Shown here: piece by piece, positions 19,381 through 27,983 of the stretch
Position numbering within the stretch: position 1 is the first letter of the stretch
How the letters are laid out: each line of letters begins with the position of its first letter
Assembly (NCBI GenBank): GCA_963822585.1
Contig: CAWGIE010000035.1
Coordinates: 224,001-288,000, forward strand
From: an uncultured bacterium
GTDB lineage: Bacteria; Auribacterota; Erginobacteria; Erginobacterales; Erginobacteraceae
Direction: 5' to 3'
Length of the DNA stretch: 64,000 nt
Made by a program: the position numbers and the translations under genes
Notes under the pieces: model-generated
Seen by the model: only the letters and a program-made list of their open reading frames with translations
The model's database searches: none
Told to the model about the DNA's origin: nothing

Positions 19381-20188
19381 CCATCCCTGGGCGGTTCTGC
19401 CGGTTTTTCTCTTGCTCTTCCCGGCCGGCTGGCTGGTTGGCTGTGCTTCGATACCGCGGGAAAGTCCTCCGGCCCTGGTGGGGATGGAGGTGGAGACGCT
19501 CACCGATTCGCCGGATCCCGCCGAGATGGCGCGGATCGGGGCCCGGTATGTCTCCTACGCGGCCCCCCGGGAGAAGCAGCTGGCCGCTTTCAAGCTCATC
19601 CAGCGGGCCTACCTGATGGATCGTAGCAGCCGGGAAACGGCGCTCCTGCTCGCCCGCAGCGCCCTGCTGCTCAGCGGACTGATGACCGATCAGGAAAGAA
19701 AAATGGAGGTGGTCCGGAAGGGATATGAGGCCGCGGCCATGGCGGGAGGGGAGGGGGATGAACCGGAAGCGGCCTATTACTTCGGCACCCTCCTCGGTCT
19801 TCTGATAGAGGAAGAAGGCCTCTCCGCCGCCGGCGAGGTGCCCCGGTTCGAAGAGGCCCTGGAAAGAGCGATGAAACAGCCGGAGACGGATCGGGGAGGA
19901 CCGGTCCGGGTCCTGGGGATGCTCTATCTCCGGGCGCCGGCCTGGCCCGCCGGGGCGGGCGATCTGGAGAAGGCTCTCGAGTATCTCCAGCGGGCCGCCG
20001 AGGAATTTCCCGGCCATCCGGAGAACCACCTTTTTTACGCCTACGCCCTGGCCGAGGACGATCGTTCCCCGGAAGCGCTCAAAGAGTTGAACAGCGCCCG
20101 GGCCGCACTCTCGGCCGGAGAATGGGGCGATTACGCCCCCCGCTGGCGGGAAGAGATAGAAAAGTTTCGGGAAGAATTAGATCATTAG
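19364..20188 (+). CDS. Helical-repeat lipoprotein, TatT/TPR-like (BstC-like)
   Basis: Lipobox LVGC; GGPVRVLGMLYLRAPAWPAGAGDLEKALEYLQRA motif; overlaps the upstream gene. Confidence 0.75.
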   Translation: MKEANNHPWAVLPVFLLLFPAGWLVGCASIPRESPPALVGMEVETLTDSPDPAEMARIGARYVSYAAPREKQLAAFKLIQRAYLMDRSSRETALLLARSALLLSGLMTDQERKMEVVRKGYEAAAMAGGEGDEPEAAYYFGTLLGLLIEEEGLSAAGEVPRFEEALERAMKQPETDRGGPVRVLGMLYLRAPAWPAGAGDLEKALEYLQRAAEEFPGHPENHLFYAYALAEDDRSPEALKELNSARAALSAGEWGDYAPRWREEIEKFREELDH

Positions 20189-20240
20189 ATTTTCGGTGAG
20201 AAGATATTTTGAAGATGGTACCTGGATCAACGATGTGATT

Positions 20241-20339
20241 AACCACGAAGGACACGAAGAACACGAAGATTCTTTAAAAAATAACCTGAATTTTGTTTTT
20301 GTTCAATTAACCTTCGTGTTCTTCGTGTCCTTCGTGGTT
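20241..20339. repeat. 9-mer-period inverted repeat, family E
   Basis: Perfect 28-bp arms AACCACGAAGGACACGAAGAACACGAAG (20241-20268 and 20312-20339); copies at 21236-21393 and 45118-45199. Confidence 0.9.
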
Positions 20340-20459
20340 TCAATAAGTTTCACTTGATGAAATTCGTTTCCCGAACAGGATTTAATCAATTCGGTCTCGC
20401 CGGTGAGCCTTGAAATCTCCGCTTGGCGATTCGAGAATCAAGAAAGAGAGGAATACCGG

Positions 20460-21188
20460 ATGAAGATCAACCGGAAGATACGGGGCAAGGCAGTCTTCCT
20501 GCTCCTGGCGGTGCTGGTCCCGGCCTGCGGGGAAAAGCCGCCGACCGGTCCCGCCAGGGATTACCGCCGGGGCCGGGAGCTGATGGTGGCCCAGCTGCGG
20601 CAGTACGGGATCAGCGACGAGAAGGTCCTGGCCGCCCTGGGCAAAGTCCCCCGGCATCTCTTCATCCCGGAGAAGTACCGGGATACCTATGACCCGTACG
20701 GAGACTACCCGGGCCCGATCGGATACGGGCAGACGATCTCCCAGCCCTATATCGTTGCTTATATGACCGAGCGGCTCGACGTTAAGCCGGGGGAGAAGAT
20801 CCTGGAGATCGGGACCGGATCCGGCTACCAGGCCGCGATCCTGGCCGAGCTGGGCGCCGAGGTCTATACGATCGAGATTGTGCCCGAGCTGGCCGCGCAC
20901 GCGAAAAAGGTGCTGGCCGAACAGGGCTATCCATCGGTGCATGTCCGGGCCGGCGACGGCTACCAAGGATGGCCCGAGCAGGCTCCTTTCGACGCGATCA
21001 TTGTCACCTGCGCCCCGGACCAGATCCCCCCGGCCCTGGTCGAGGAGCTGAAAGAGGGTGGACGGATGATCCTTCCCCTGGGCGAGTGGTCCCAGCGGTT
21101 GGTTATCTGCCGCAAAAAAGGAGGGAAGATCGAAGTGGAAGAAGACCTCCCGGTCCGTTTCGTCCCCATGGTCCACGGGGAGGAGTGA
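20460..21188 (+). CDS. pcm: Protein-L-isoaspartate O-methyltransferase with lipoprotein-like N-terminus
   Basis: VPRHLF, GQTISQPYIVA, LEIGTGSGYQAA, GDGYQGWPEQAPFD, VRFVPM; N-terminal LLLAVLVPAC. Confidence 0.93.
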   Translation: MKINRKIRGKAVFLLLAVLVPACGEKPPTGPARDYRRGRELMVAQLRQYGISDEKVLAALGKVPRHLFIPEKYRDTYDPYGDYPGPIGYGQTISQPYIVAYMTERLDVKPGEKILEIGTGSGYQAAILAELGAEVYTIEIVPELAAHAKKVLAEQGYPSVHVRAGDGYQGWPEQAPFDAIIVTCAPDQIPPALVEELKEGGRMILPLGEWSQRLVICRKKGGKIEVEEDLPVRFVPMVHGEE

Positions 21189-21235
21189 GACACTTGTGAC
21201 CGACTGGCGTTGTACGGCTAGTAATCAAGTGATCC

Positions 21236-21393
21236 ACCACGAAGGACACGAAGAACACGAAGTGGGATGAGGAACCGTCAGCCGAATCGATGGGTTCTCT
21301 GCAAGGAGCAGGAGTTTTAGGAATATTTGAATGTAGGTTGGCTTAACGGTGCAACTTTTATTTATTCTTCGTGACCTTCGTGCTCTTCGTGGT
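21236..21393. repeat. 9-mer-period inverted repeat, family E
   Basis: Same arms as 20241, with a ~104-bp spacer. Confidence 0.85.
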
Positions 21394-21446
21394 TTATCTT
21401 ATTGTCATTTTAAAAATATAGGGATTAGCAACAAGGAGGATACGTA

Positions 21447-21824
21447 ATGGCTTTAACTGTTTCCGTCACCGAGAAAGAACCCGGTGTCTTCGTCGTTTCG
21501 CCGGTCGGCTCGATCGACACGGCCACCGCTCCTATCCTGGGCAAGGAAGTGGCCGCTCTGCTTACCCGCTCCCCACGGCTCATTATCTTCGACATGGCGG
21601 GGGTGGACTACATCAGCAGCATGGGGGTGCGCGAGGTGATCAAGACCAAGAAGGGCCTCGCCGCCCGGGAGGGGAGGTTCGCCATGGTCAATGTCTCTCC
21701 CTCCATCCAGAGGGTTTTCGAGATCATCAACGCGCTCCCTCCCCAGGAGATCTTCGAGAGCATCGTCGAGCTCGACGATTACCTGGCCGCGATGCAGAAG
21801 AAAGTCCGCCAGGGTGAAGAGTAG
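21447..21824 (+). CDS. STAS-domain anti-sigma factor antagonist
   Basis: GSIDTATAP, DMAGVDYISSMG; AAGGAGG RBS. Confidence 0.88.
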   Translation: MALTVSVTEKEPGVFVVSPVGSIDTATAPILGKEVAALLTRSPRLIIFDMAGVDYISSMGVREVIKTKKGLAAREGRFAMVNVSPSIQRVFEIINALPPQEIFESIVELDDYLAAMQKKVRQGEE

Positions 21825-21878
21825 CCAAATCGATCCGTGCCCGCCGCGGCCGGGATCGAAAGCCGGAGACAAGTTTTC

Positions 21879-22502
21879 ATGCGAGAGAATACACCGGTCA
21901 GCATAGAAGTCGTCAGGGACGGCCCGTATGTCGTCCGGAACCTGGACAGATTGATTGATTCGGGCGGGCGGGAACTCCCGGTCAAACCCGTTCTCTGTCT
22001 CTGCCGCTGCGACAAGACCGCCGATCCCCCCTTCTGTGACGGCTCCCACGTCAGGATCGCTCCCGGCTGGAGCCGGCCTCCGGCGGAGGATAAAAACCGG
22101 ACCGTGAGTTACCGGGGCCCGGGGATCATCATCCATGACAACCGGGGGATCTGCTCTCACGACGGGGCGTGTTTCAAGAACCTCCCGGACGTCTTCCGGC
22201 CCCGGGAATGGAAATGGATCAAGGCCGGGAACGCCCCCCGGGAGAAGATAATCGAAACGATCAGGAAATGTCCGTCCGGGGCTTTGAGCTATTCCGTCGA
22301 GAAGAAGCGATATACCGATTGGGGAGGGCGTCCGGCGATCGTGATCGATCAACGGGGGCCTTTAAATGTACAGGGGCGGATACGACTGACCGGTGAAGAT
22401 TGCCGCCGTCCGGAGACCGAAGATCATTATTCCCTCTGTACCTGCGGCGAATCGAAGAACAAGCCCTTCTGCGACGGGACTCATCTGCCCTGGTCGGATT
22501 AA
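21879..22502 (+). CDS. CDGSH iron-sulfur protein (CDGSH - Fer4_19-like - CDGSH)
   Basis: LCRC...PFCDGSH, CSHDGAC...CPSGAL, LCTCGESKNKPFCDGTH. Confidence 0.9.
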   Translation: MRENTPVSIEVVRDGPYVVRNLDRLIDSGGRELPVKPVLCLCRCDKTADPPFCDGSHVRIAPGWSRPPAEDKNRTVSYRGPGIIIHDNRGICSHDGACFKNLPDVFRPREWKWIKAGNAPREKIIETIRKCPSGALSYSVEKKRYTDWGGRPAIVIDQRGPLNVQGRIRLTGEDCRRPETEDHYSLCTCGESKNKPFCDGTHLPWSD

Positions 22503-22513
22503 CCGGGCCGGAC

Positions 22514-23665
22514 CTATTTCTGGAGAAGGGTGGGGGGGAAACCGGCGGAAACGTCTTTCTTGCTTCTCCGGCCGAGCCAGAAGAAAAAGGCGGCCTGGAT
22601 GAGAAAGATCAGGAGATAAAGAATCGTAGTCCAAAATCCGGGGCCAGCTCCTTCTTTCAACTCTTCCTCCTCTCCATCCCCGTTCTCGGGAACCGGTTCC
22701 TCCTCCGGGGCCGGAACAAAGGCGGTTTTCAAGCCGGCGGGGGCCTTCCGTATCTCCTTGGCGGCGGCCGCCTTCACGCCACCGGGCGGGGAGGGGAGGG
22801 ATGAAAAAGCCTGGGCCAGCATTTCCCGCGCGGCCTTATTACGGTCCTCCTTCTGTTTCGATCCCATGACGACCGCGATCAGCCGGAGGCCGTCCCGCTC
22901 GGAGGTGGCCGCGATCGAATAGCCGCCGGCCCGGAAATAACCGGTCTTCAGCCCGTCGCACCCCTCGAAACTCTCCGGGGCCGCACCGCTTGCCAGAAGC
23001 GGATTGTGACTCCTCATCTCGAAAGAGCCGTCGCGGAAATTCCGGACCGGGGTGGAAGTGTATTGGAGGATCGCGGGGTGTTTTAAAAGTTCCCGGCTGA
23101 GAATGGCGATGTCCCGCGGCGTGCTCAGGTCCGGTTTCTGCCCCCGGCCCGGGGGGAGGCCGTGAACGGAATGGAATTCGGTGTCTTTCATGCCCAGCTC
23201 GCGCGCCTTCTCCTGCATCATCTCCACGAATCCATCTTTGGATCCGGCTACGTGGACGGCCAGGGCGACGGCGGCGTCATTGGCGGACTGGATGATAAGG
23301 GCGTAGAGGAGATCCTCGACGGAGAATATCTCATTCTCTTTCAGGTAGACCTGGGAACCGCCCATCCGGGCGGCTTCCGCCGTGCAGACCACCTGGTCGT
23401 CAAGTTTCAGAGTCCCCTCCTCGATTTTTTCCTGAATGATGAGGAGCATCATCAGCTTGACGATGCTGGCCGGGTAGCAGACGGCTTCGGCGTTTTTATC
23501 GATCACCGTCTCGCCGGTATCCGCCCGGACAACGATCGCGCCCCGGTAGGGCGAGCCGGTCCGGCTCTCTATCCCCGCCCGGGCGGCGTTCCCTCCGGCG
23601 GGAAGGGAGAGCGTTCCGACGGCTATCGCCAGGATGAAGGCAATTGTAAGGTTCTTTCGTGTCAT
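22514..23665 (-). CDS. D-alanyl-D-alanine carboxypeptidase (peptidase S11) with C-terminal membrane anchor
   Basis: PASIVK (SxxK), SAN, GLKTG motifs; signal peptide. Confidence 0.9.
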   Translation of the reverse strand: MTRKNLTIAFILAIAVGTLSLPAGGNAARAGIESRTGSPYRGAIVVRADTGETVIDKNAEAVCYPASIVKLMMLLIIQEKIEEGTLKLDDQVVCTAEAARMGGSQVYLKENEIFSVEDLLYALIIQSANDAAVALAVHVAGSKDGFVEMMQEKARELGMKDTEFHSVHGLPPGRGQKPDLSTPRDIAILSRELLKHPAILQYTSTPVRNFRDGSFEMRSHNPLLASGAAPESFEGCDGLKTGYFRAGGYSIAATSERDGLRLIAVVMGSKQKEDRNKAAREMLAQAFSSLPSPPGGVKAAAAKEIRKAPAGLKTAFVPAPEEEPVPENGDGEEEELKEGAGPGFWTTILYLLIFLIQAAFFFWLGRRSKKDVSAGFPPTLLQK

Positions 23666-23676
23666 CTTGTTCGCAT

Positions 23677-24168
23677 TTATTTTGATTGCTTCATTTTTTC
23701 GCTGAGAAACAACCTATCCAACTTATCCTTCTCTCTATCGGCCTGTTTCATCTTCCATAACAGTTCAATACTGGCAAACGGAATAAGAACTCCCTTTATC
23801 TCTACCTTTACTATTGAATCTTTTGCTTCATTATAAGTTATCCCACAAGCTGATTTCATCAGATCTATGATTATCTCATCGGCTACTCTTACCACGGAAT
23901 ATTCCTCGATATCTCTTTCTCTCAATTCCTCTATCGCTTTATCCGGCAGGAATAATAATGATTCTTTTAATTTATTCACATTTTCAATAGAAGCATCAAC
24001 CAATAAATCTATATCTTCCGTAGCACGGACATAACCATGCTGAATTATGGCCATCCCCCCCACTACAATATATTTAACGCCCTCTTCATTGAGATTTCTG
24101 CATAACTCCAGCAGATCGGCTAAAATCGGCGGCCGTGATTCTAACGGCTCATTATCTTTCTGGACCAT
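23677..24168 (-). CDS. Nucleotidyltransferase-like protein (DUF6036 type)
   Basis: VVGGMA...HGYVRATEDIDL, K...REKDKLD; AT-rich relative to the flanks. Confidence 0.8.
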   Translation of the reverse strand: MVQKDNEPLESRPPILADLLELCRNLNEEGVKYIVVGGMAIIQHGYVRATEDIDLLVDASIENVNKLKESLLFLPDKAIEELRERDIEEYSVVRVADEIIIDLMKSACGITYNEAKDSIVKVEIKGVLIPFASIELLWKMKQADREKDKLDRLFLSEKMKQSK

Positions 24169-24323
24169 TCTTCTTTCTCCTCAAAAGTCTTGAATTTGAA
24201 TAATCCTCTCGGATGAAACGGCTTGTCCCCCCGTAAACCGATCACCAGTTTAAATAAATTATTACTTTTTTCGAGGCCGCCAGTATTTATCTTCCGGGTT
24301 CCGATTGTCTTTTGCGTTCTCAT
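24141..24323 (-). CDS. Small basic protein, probable partner of the nucleotidyltransferase
   Basis: 60 aa with PRGLFKFKTFEEKEEW; overlaps the NTase start; same low-GC composition. Confidence 0.6.
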   Translation of the reverse strand: MRTQKTIGTRKINTGGLEKSNNLFKLVIGLRGDKPFHPRGLFKFKTFEEKEEWSRKIMSR

Positions 24324-24329
24324 CTATAA

Positions 24330-24743
24330 TTATTTAACCAGACTGGAGAGAAGTTCAATAGGGTCGAGTGCTTTAATGGCTGCTTGCCGGAAATCCCCGG
24401 TATTGCGGGTGACGATAGCATCGGCTCCAACCAGCCCTCCCGCATGAGCCAGGACTGCGTCCTCGAAGTTGGCTATTTTGCTCTGCAGAGCTTCTTCAAT
24501 CACCGCTCGATTTACCGCGGCGATTTCGAAAAGTTCAAGCAACCGGTGCAACGCCCCACGAGCTTCTGCCCGCGAAAAGGATTGGCTCAGGAGGTAATCA
24601 ACAGTGGTGATCGTTGTGGCGCACAAAAATGCATCAATCTCAGATTGTTCGACCAGGCTGAAGACGCCGGCCGCGGCCGTGACGAACGGTTTCCGGGCCA
24701 GGAAGACGTCCAAGACGACAGTGGTGTCGACAATTATCTTCAG
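24330..24743 (-). CDS. PIN-domain (VapC-like) toxin
   Basis: KIIVDTTVVLDV...NFEDAV...IVTRNTGDF; the PIN N-terminus needs a CTG start at 24743 overlapping the antitoxin TGA. Confidence 0.85.
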   Translation of the reverse strand: MKIIVDTTVVLDVFLARKPFVTAAAGVFSLVEQSEIDAFLCATTITTVDYLLSQSFSRAEARGALHRLLELFEIAAVNRAVIEEALQSKIANFEDAVLAHAGGLVGADAIVTRNTGDFRQAAIKALDPIELLSSLVK

Positions 24744-24979
24744 AGATATCTCTCCCGGAGGTACTTCTTATAGTCGGATTCAGATATGCGGCGACCTTTC
24801 AGCAGGCCGACCAGCGAGGCCGTGACCGGAGGCAGCTTTTGTTCGATCGTTCCTGCTTTCCCCAAGGAGTCAATAAATTCCCCCACCATCTGAGAGACTG
24901 ATTTACCGCGACGTTTTGCTTCGGATTTGGCTCGAAGTACCAAATCTTCATCCATGCGCAAGGTCAGCTTTGTATTCAT
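24740..24979 (-). CDS. Ribbon-helix-helix antitoxin (DUF6364-like)
   Basis: MNTKLTLRMDEDLVLRAKSEAKRRGKSVSQMV...YKKYLRERY; directly upstream of the PIN gene. Confidence 0.85.
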   Translation of the reverse strand: MNTKLTLRMDEDLVLRAKSEAKRRGKSVSQMVGEFIDSLGKAGTIEQKLPPVTASLVGLLKGRRISESDYKKYLRERYL

Positions 24980-24986
24980 GGCGTAC

Positions 24987-25015
24987 AACATATCTCGGAG
25001 TATACGTCTTGTCAA
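24987..25015 (-). promoter_or_regulatory. Sigma70 promoter of the TA operon, probably leaderless
   Basis: Minus strand TTGACA-17 bp-TATGTT, 7 nt before the ATG at 24979. Confidence 0.65.
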
Positions 25016-25291
25016 TCTGCTTTTTAGGGATTTTTACACCCGGATTATGCAGGGGATTCATGATGTCGGTCTGCCGGAGGGCCCGCGTCAATCAATCGGT
25101 TTAAGAAAGACATCGGTCGCTAGTGCCGCGCCGAAATAGCAGACCCCGGCCGACCATGCGAACATATACAGCCGAATTTAAGAATAGAAAAATGTGCCTC
25201 GACACCGTTCTCCCGGCCCGGCCAATATGCCGGATATCGGCTGGATCAAACCGCGGGATCGTGGTATGGTAGGGCGTGATTGCGATAGAAC

Positions 25292-25639
25292 ATGAATAGG
25301 CGCGCACATTCCGAGAAGAGGAGAAAACCACTCCGCCCCGCACGGAGTTATTCGCTCGCCCGGCACCATGCCTGGGGAGGGCTGGCCCTCCTCTCGGTCC
25401 TGTGGGCCCTCCGGCTGCTCTTCCCCGGAATCCCGGACGCGATCTGGGCCCCGATCGCGGCCTGCCTGGTGATCTATATCCTGATCTGGCTCTTCTTGAC
25501 CTATCGGTCCCGGGGCAGCCTGAGAGAGAAGGAGACGATTCCCCCACCCAACGGAGGACCTTCCACCGGGAGCGGGTATAAACTCGAGAAAAAGAGGCTG
25601 AAAGCCGCGGCCAAGGCGGATAAGAAGAGGGATCAATAG
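25292..25639 (+). CDS. Small hypothetical membrane protein
   Basis: Two hydrophobic helices and a Lys-rich tail. Confidence 0.55.
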   Translation: MNRRAHSEKRRKPLRPARSYSLARHHAWGGLALLSVLWALRLLFPGIPDAIWAPIAACLVIYILIWLFLTYRSRGSLREKETIPPPNGGPSTGSGYKLEKKRLKAAAKADKKRDQ

Positions 25640-25731
25640 ATGAACCGCAGAGGCGTGAAGTGTTAAATTACTATTTGGGGATTTCACTATACATTAATAG
25701 ATTCGAATAGACTAATTTCTAATTACGATAA

Positions 25732-27783
25732 GTGGTTAAGGTAAAAAGTCCCGTGTCTAAGCTGCTTAAATGGATTCCGGTGCTGGTCTTTGCCGCCGCG
25801 TTCACGACCTATCTTCTTACCCTGACGCCGACGGTGGATTTTATCGACAGCGGTGAGCTGGCGGCGGTCGCCTCCACCCTGGGGATCGCCCACCCGACCG
25901 GCTATCCTCTCTTCACGCTGATCGGCCACCTTTTTTCCCGTCTTCCCGTCGCCCCCACCGTCATCGCCCGGTTGAATATCATGAGCGCTCTCTTCGCCGC
26001 GCTGGGCGCCGGCGCCTTTACCCTGCTCATCAGGACCGTTCTCCGGGTGACGGCGGAGATTCGGGAGAAGGCCGGCCGGCCGCTTGTCGGGCGAAGGAAA
26101 GGGAAGAGGGCCGAAAGGGAGGGGAAAGGCCGCGGCCTCCGGTCGCCGGATACGCCGTTTCGCCCGGAGCTGGAATGGCTGGCAGGGGGTACCGCCGGCC
26201 TCCTGCTCTGCTGGGCCTCCGTCTTCTGGGAAACCGGGACGACGTTTGAGGTCTATTCCCTCCACGCGCTCTTCGGCATCCTGCTCATTTACCTGGCGGT
26301 CCGATACGCCGCCGAAGAAAAGCCGCCCCGGGAGACGCGGCTGGGCCTGCTCTTTTTCTTCGTCCTCGGGCTGAGCCTGGCCAATCACCTCACCACCGGC
26401 CTGTTTTTCCCCGCCTTCATCCTGCTGCTGGGGGCGAAATATATATCCCGCAAAACCTCGCCGGTTCGGATCGTCCTGCTGATGCTGCCGGCCCTGATCG
26501 GCTTCCTGTTCTATCTCTATCTCCCGATCCGGGCCGCCGGCCACCCGCGCGTCATGTGGGGGGAGCCGTCGACTCTCTCGGCCTTGTGGGACAACTTCAC
26601 GGTCGCCGACTTCAGGTCGCGTCTCTTCTCTCACCAGTCGGAAGGCGAGACACTCCTTGATTTTTTTATCCGTTTTCCCGCCCGGACGGGATTTCTGGCC
26701 GTTCCGCTGATTCTCTGGGGGATGAGGGTTCTCTATCGCCGGTCGAAAAAGTATTTCCTTTTTGTCCTGGCCATCTTTATTCCCTCCGTTCTTTATGCCG
26801 CGACCTACAACGTGGGGGACAACATCTTTTATTTCACCCCCGCTTATATTTCTCTCCTGATCTACGCCGGGGCGGGAGCCTACGGTTTTTACCGGGCGAT
26901 CTGCCGCTCCCCCCGGGCCCGGAGGCTGATACCGGTCCTGATGATGATTCTGGCGCTCCCGGCGCTGTTTTTGAATTACCGGAAGGTCGATCAGAGCAAT
27001 AATTATTTCGTGGAGGATTTTGTTCACAACATGTTCAGCGCCATCGAGCCCAACGCTATTCTCTTCGCGCTCGATTGCCAGATCCTGATTCATCCGCTCT
27101 ATTATTACCAGAACGTCGAAGGCTTTCGTGACGATGTCCTGGTGCTCCCCAACCATGCTCTCCAGAAGGGATGGTTTGCCAACCGGCTGCGGGATCATTA
27201 CCCGCGGGTATACCAAAGATCGGCCGGAGCGATCGAAGACTATCGGATGTATCTGGAACGCTTTAATAAAGGGGAGGTGCGCGACGCCCGCGAACTCGAC
27301 CGGAGGTATTATCGGATGCTCGACAGCATTATCGAACAGAACTATGACCGCCGGCCGATTTATATCACCTCGGAATTCAACCCCGATCAGAATCCCGCTT
27401 TTCATCCCGGCTATTATCGTATCCCCGAGGGACTCTGTTGGCGGCTCTATCGCAAAGGAGATCCGGTCCGGGAATTCCCCTACCGGGAGTTTGCCTATCG
27501 GGAATTGGGGTATCCCCATAAAGACGCCGACGCCATCCGCCACGCGTATATGTATATGTTGAACGAACGGGCCAAGTACGAAGCATTTCGCGGAAATTTT
27601 CAAACGGCACTGCGCTGGAACGATCAGGCGCTCCGGGTTTATCCCGGCAAGGAGATGCTCTCCGATCGCTATAACGGGACCTGGGTGGTCCCGAACCGGT
27701 TCCGGGAGGTGACCAGGACTCGTGAAGAGATCTTGAAGAAGGCGAAGGAACAAGGGAAAGTAATCAGTCCCGCAAAACTCTGA
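25732..27783 (+). CDS. DUF2723 / TMEM260-like GT-C membrane protein
   Basis: TPTVDFIDSGEL...LGIAHPTGYPLF, EVYSL, LSLANH, YLYLPIRA. Confidence 0.88.
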   Translation: MVKVKSPVSKLLKWIPVLVFAAAFTTYLLTLTPTVDFIDSGELAAVASTLGIAHPTGYPLFTLIGHLFSRLPVAPTVIARLNIMSALFAALGAGAFTLLIRTVLRVTAEIREKAGRPLVGRRKGKRAEREGKGRGLRSPDTPFRPELEWLAGGTAGLLLCWASVFWETGTTFEVYSLHALFGILLIYLAVRYAAEEKPPRETRLGLLFFFVLGLSLANHLTTGLFFPAFILLLGAKYISRKTSPVRIVLLMLPALIGFLFYLYLPIRAAGHPRVMWGEPSTLSALWDNFTVADFRSRLFSHQSEGETLLDFFIRFPARTGFLAVPLILWGMRVLYRRSKKYFLFVLAIFIPSVLYAATYNVGDNIFYFTPAYISLLIYAGAGAYGFYRAICRSPRARRLIPVLMMILALPALFLNYRKVDQSNNYFVEDFVHNMFSAIEPNAILFALDCQILIHPLYYYQNVEGFRDDVLVLPNHALQKGWFANRLRDHYPRVYQRSAGAIEDYRMYLERFNKGEVRDARELDRRYYRMLDSIIEQNYDRRPIYITSEFNPDQNPAFHPGYYRIPEGLCWRLYRKGDPVREFPYREFAYRELGYPHKDADAIRHAYMYMLNERAKYEAFRGNFQTALRWNDQALRVYPGKEMLSDRYNGTWVVPNRFREVTRTREEILKKAKEQGKVISPAKL

Positions 27784-27944
27784 CTTCGTCAGAGTCGCGG
27801 GATCTTCGCTTCGCTCCGATAATCGGTGATCAGTAATCAGTTTGGCCACGGCCGGCAGGCACTGATCACCGATCACCGATTACTGATTACTGATTACTGA
27901 TTACCGATTACCGATTACCGATTACCGATTACCGATCACCGATT
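27760..27944. repeat. Heptamer (GATCAGT/AATCGGT) repeat with hairpin cassette, family F
   Basis: About 12 tandem ACTGATT/ACCGATT units (27861-27944), preceded by inverted units and a CGGGATCTTCGCTTCGCTCCGATAATCGG cassette. Confidence 0.88.
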
Positions 27945-27983
27945 GTTGTCGCAATCATAATCCATAGGGAGGAAAAATACCTC

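Noticed and set aside
10441..20188. De novo hopanoid or sterol biosynthesis cluster
   Set aside because: No squalene synthase, squalene-hopene cyclase or oxidosqualene cyclase in the window; only transport and tailoring-type genes are supported.
25723..27876. 717-aa antisense ORF, and similar long ones such as 30428-31801, 15867-17165, 56731-58038 and 1158-2444
   Set aside because: They mirror well-supported genes on the opposite strand and have no recognisable motifs; expected shadow ORFs in GC-rich DNA.
27861..27944. Tandem arrays as a possible CRISPR
   Set aside because: 7-nt units with no unique spacers, and no cas genes in the window.
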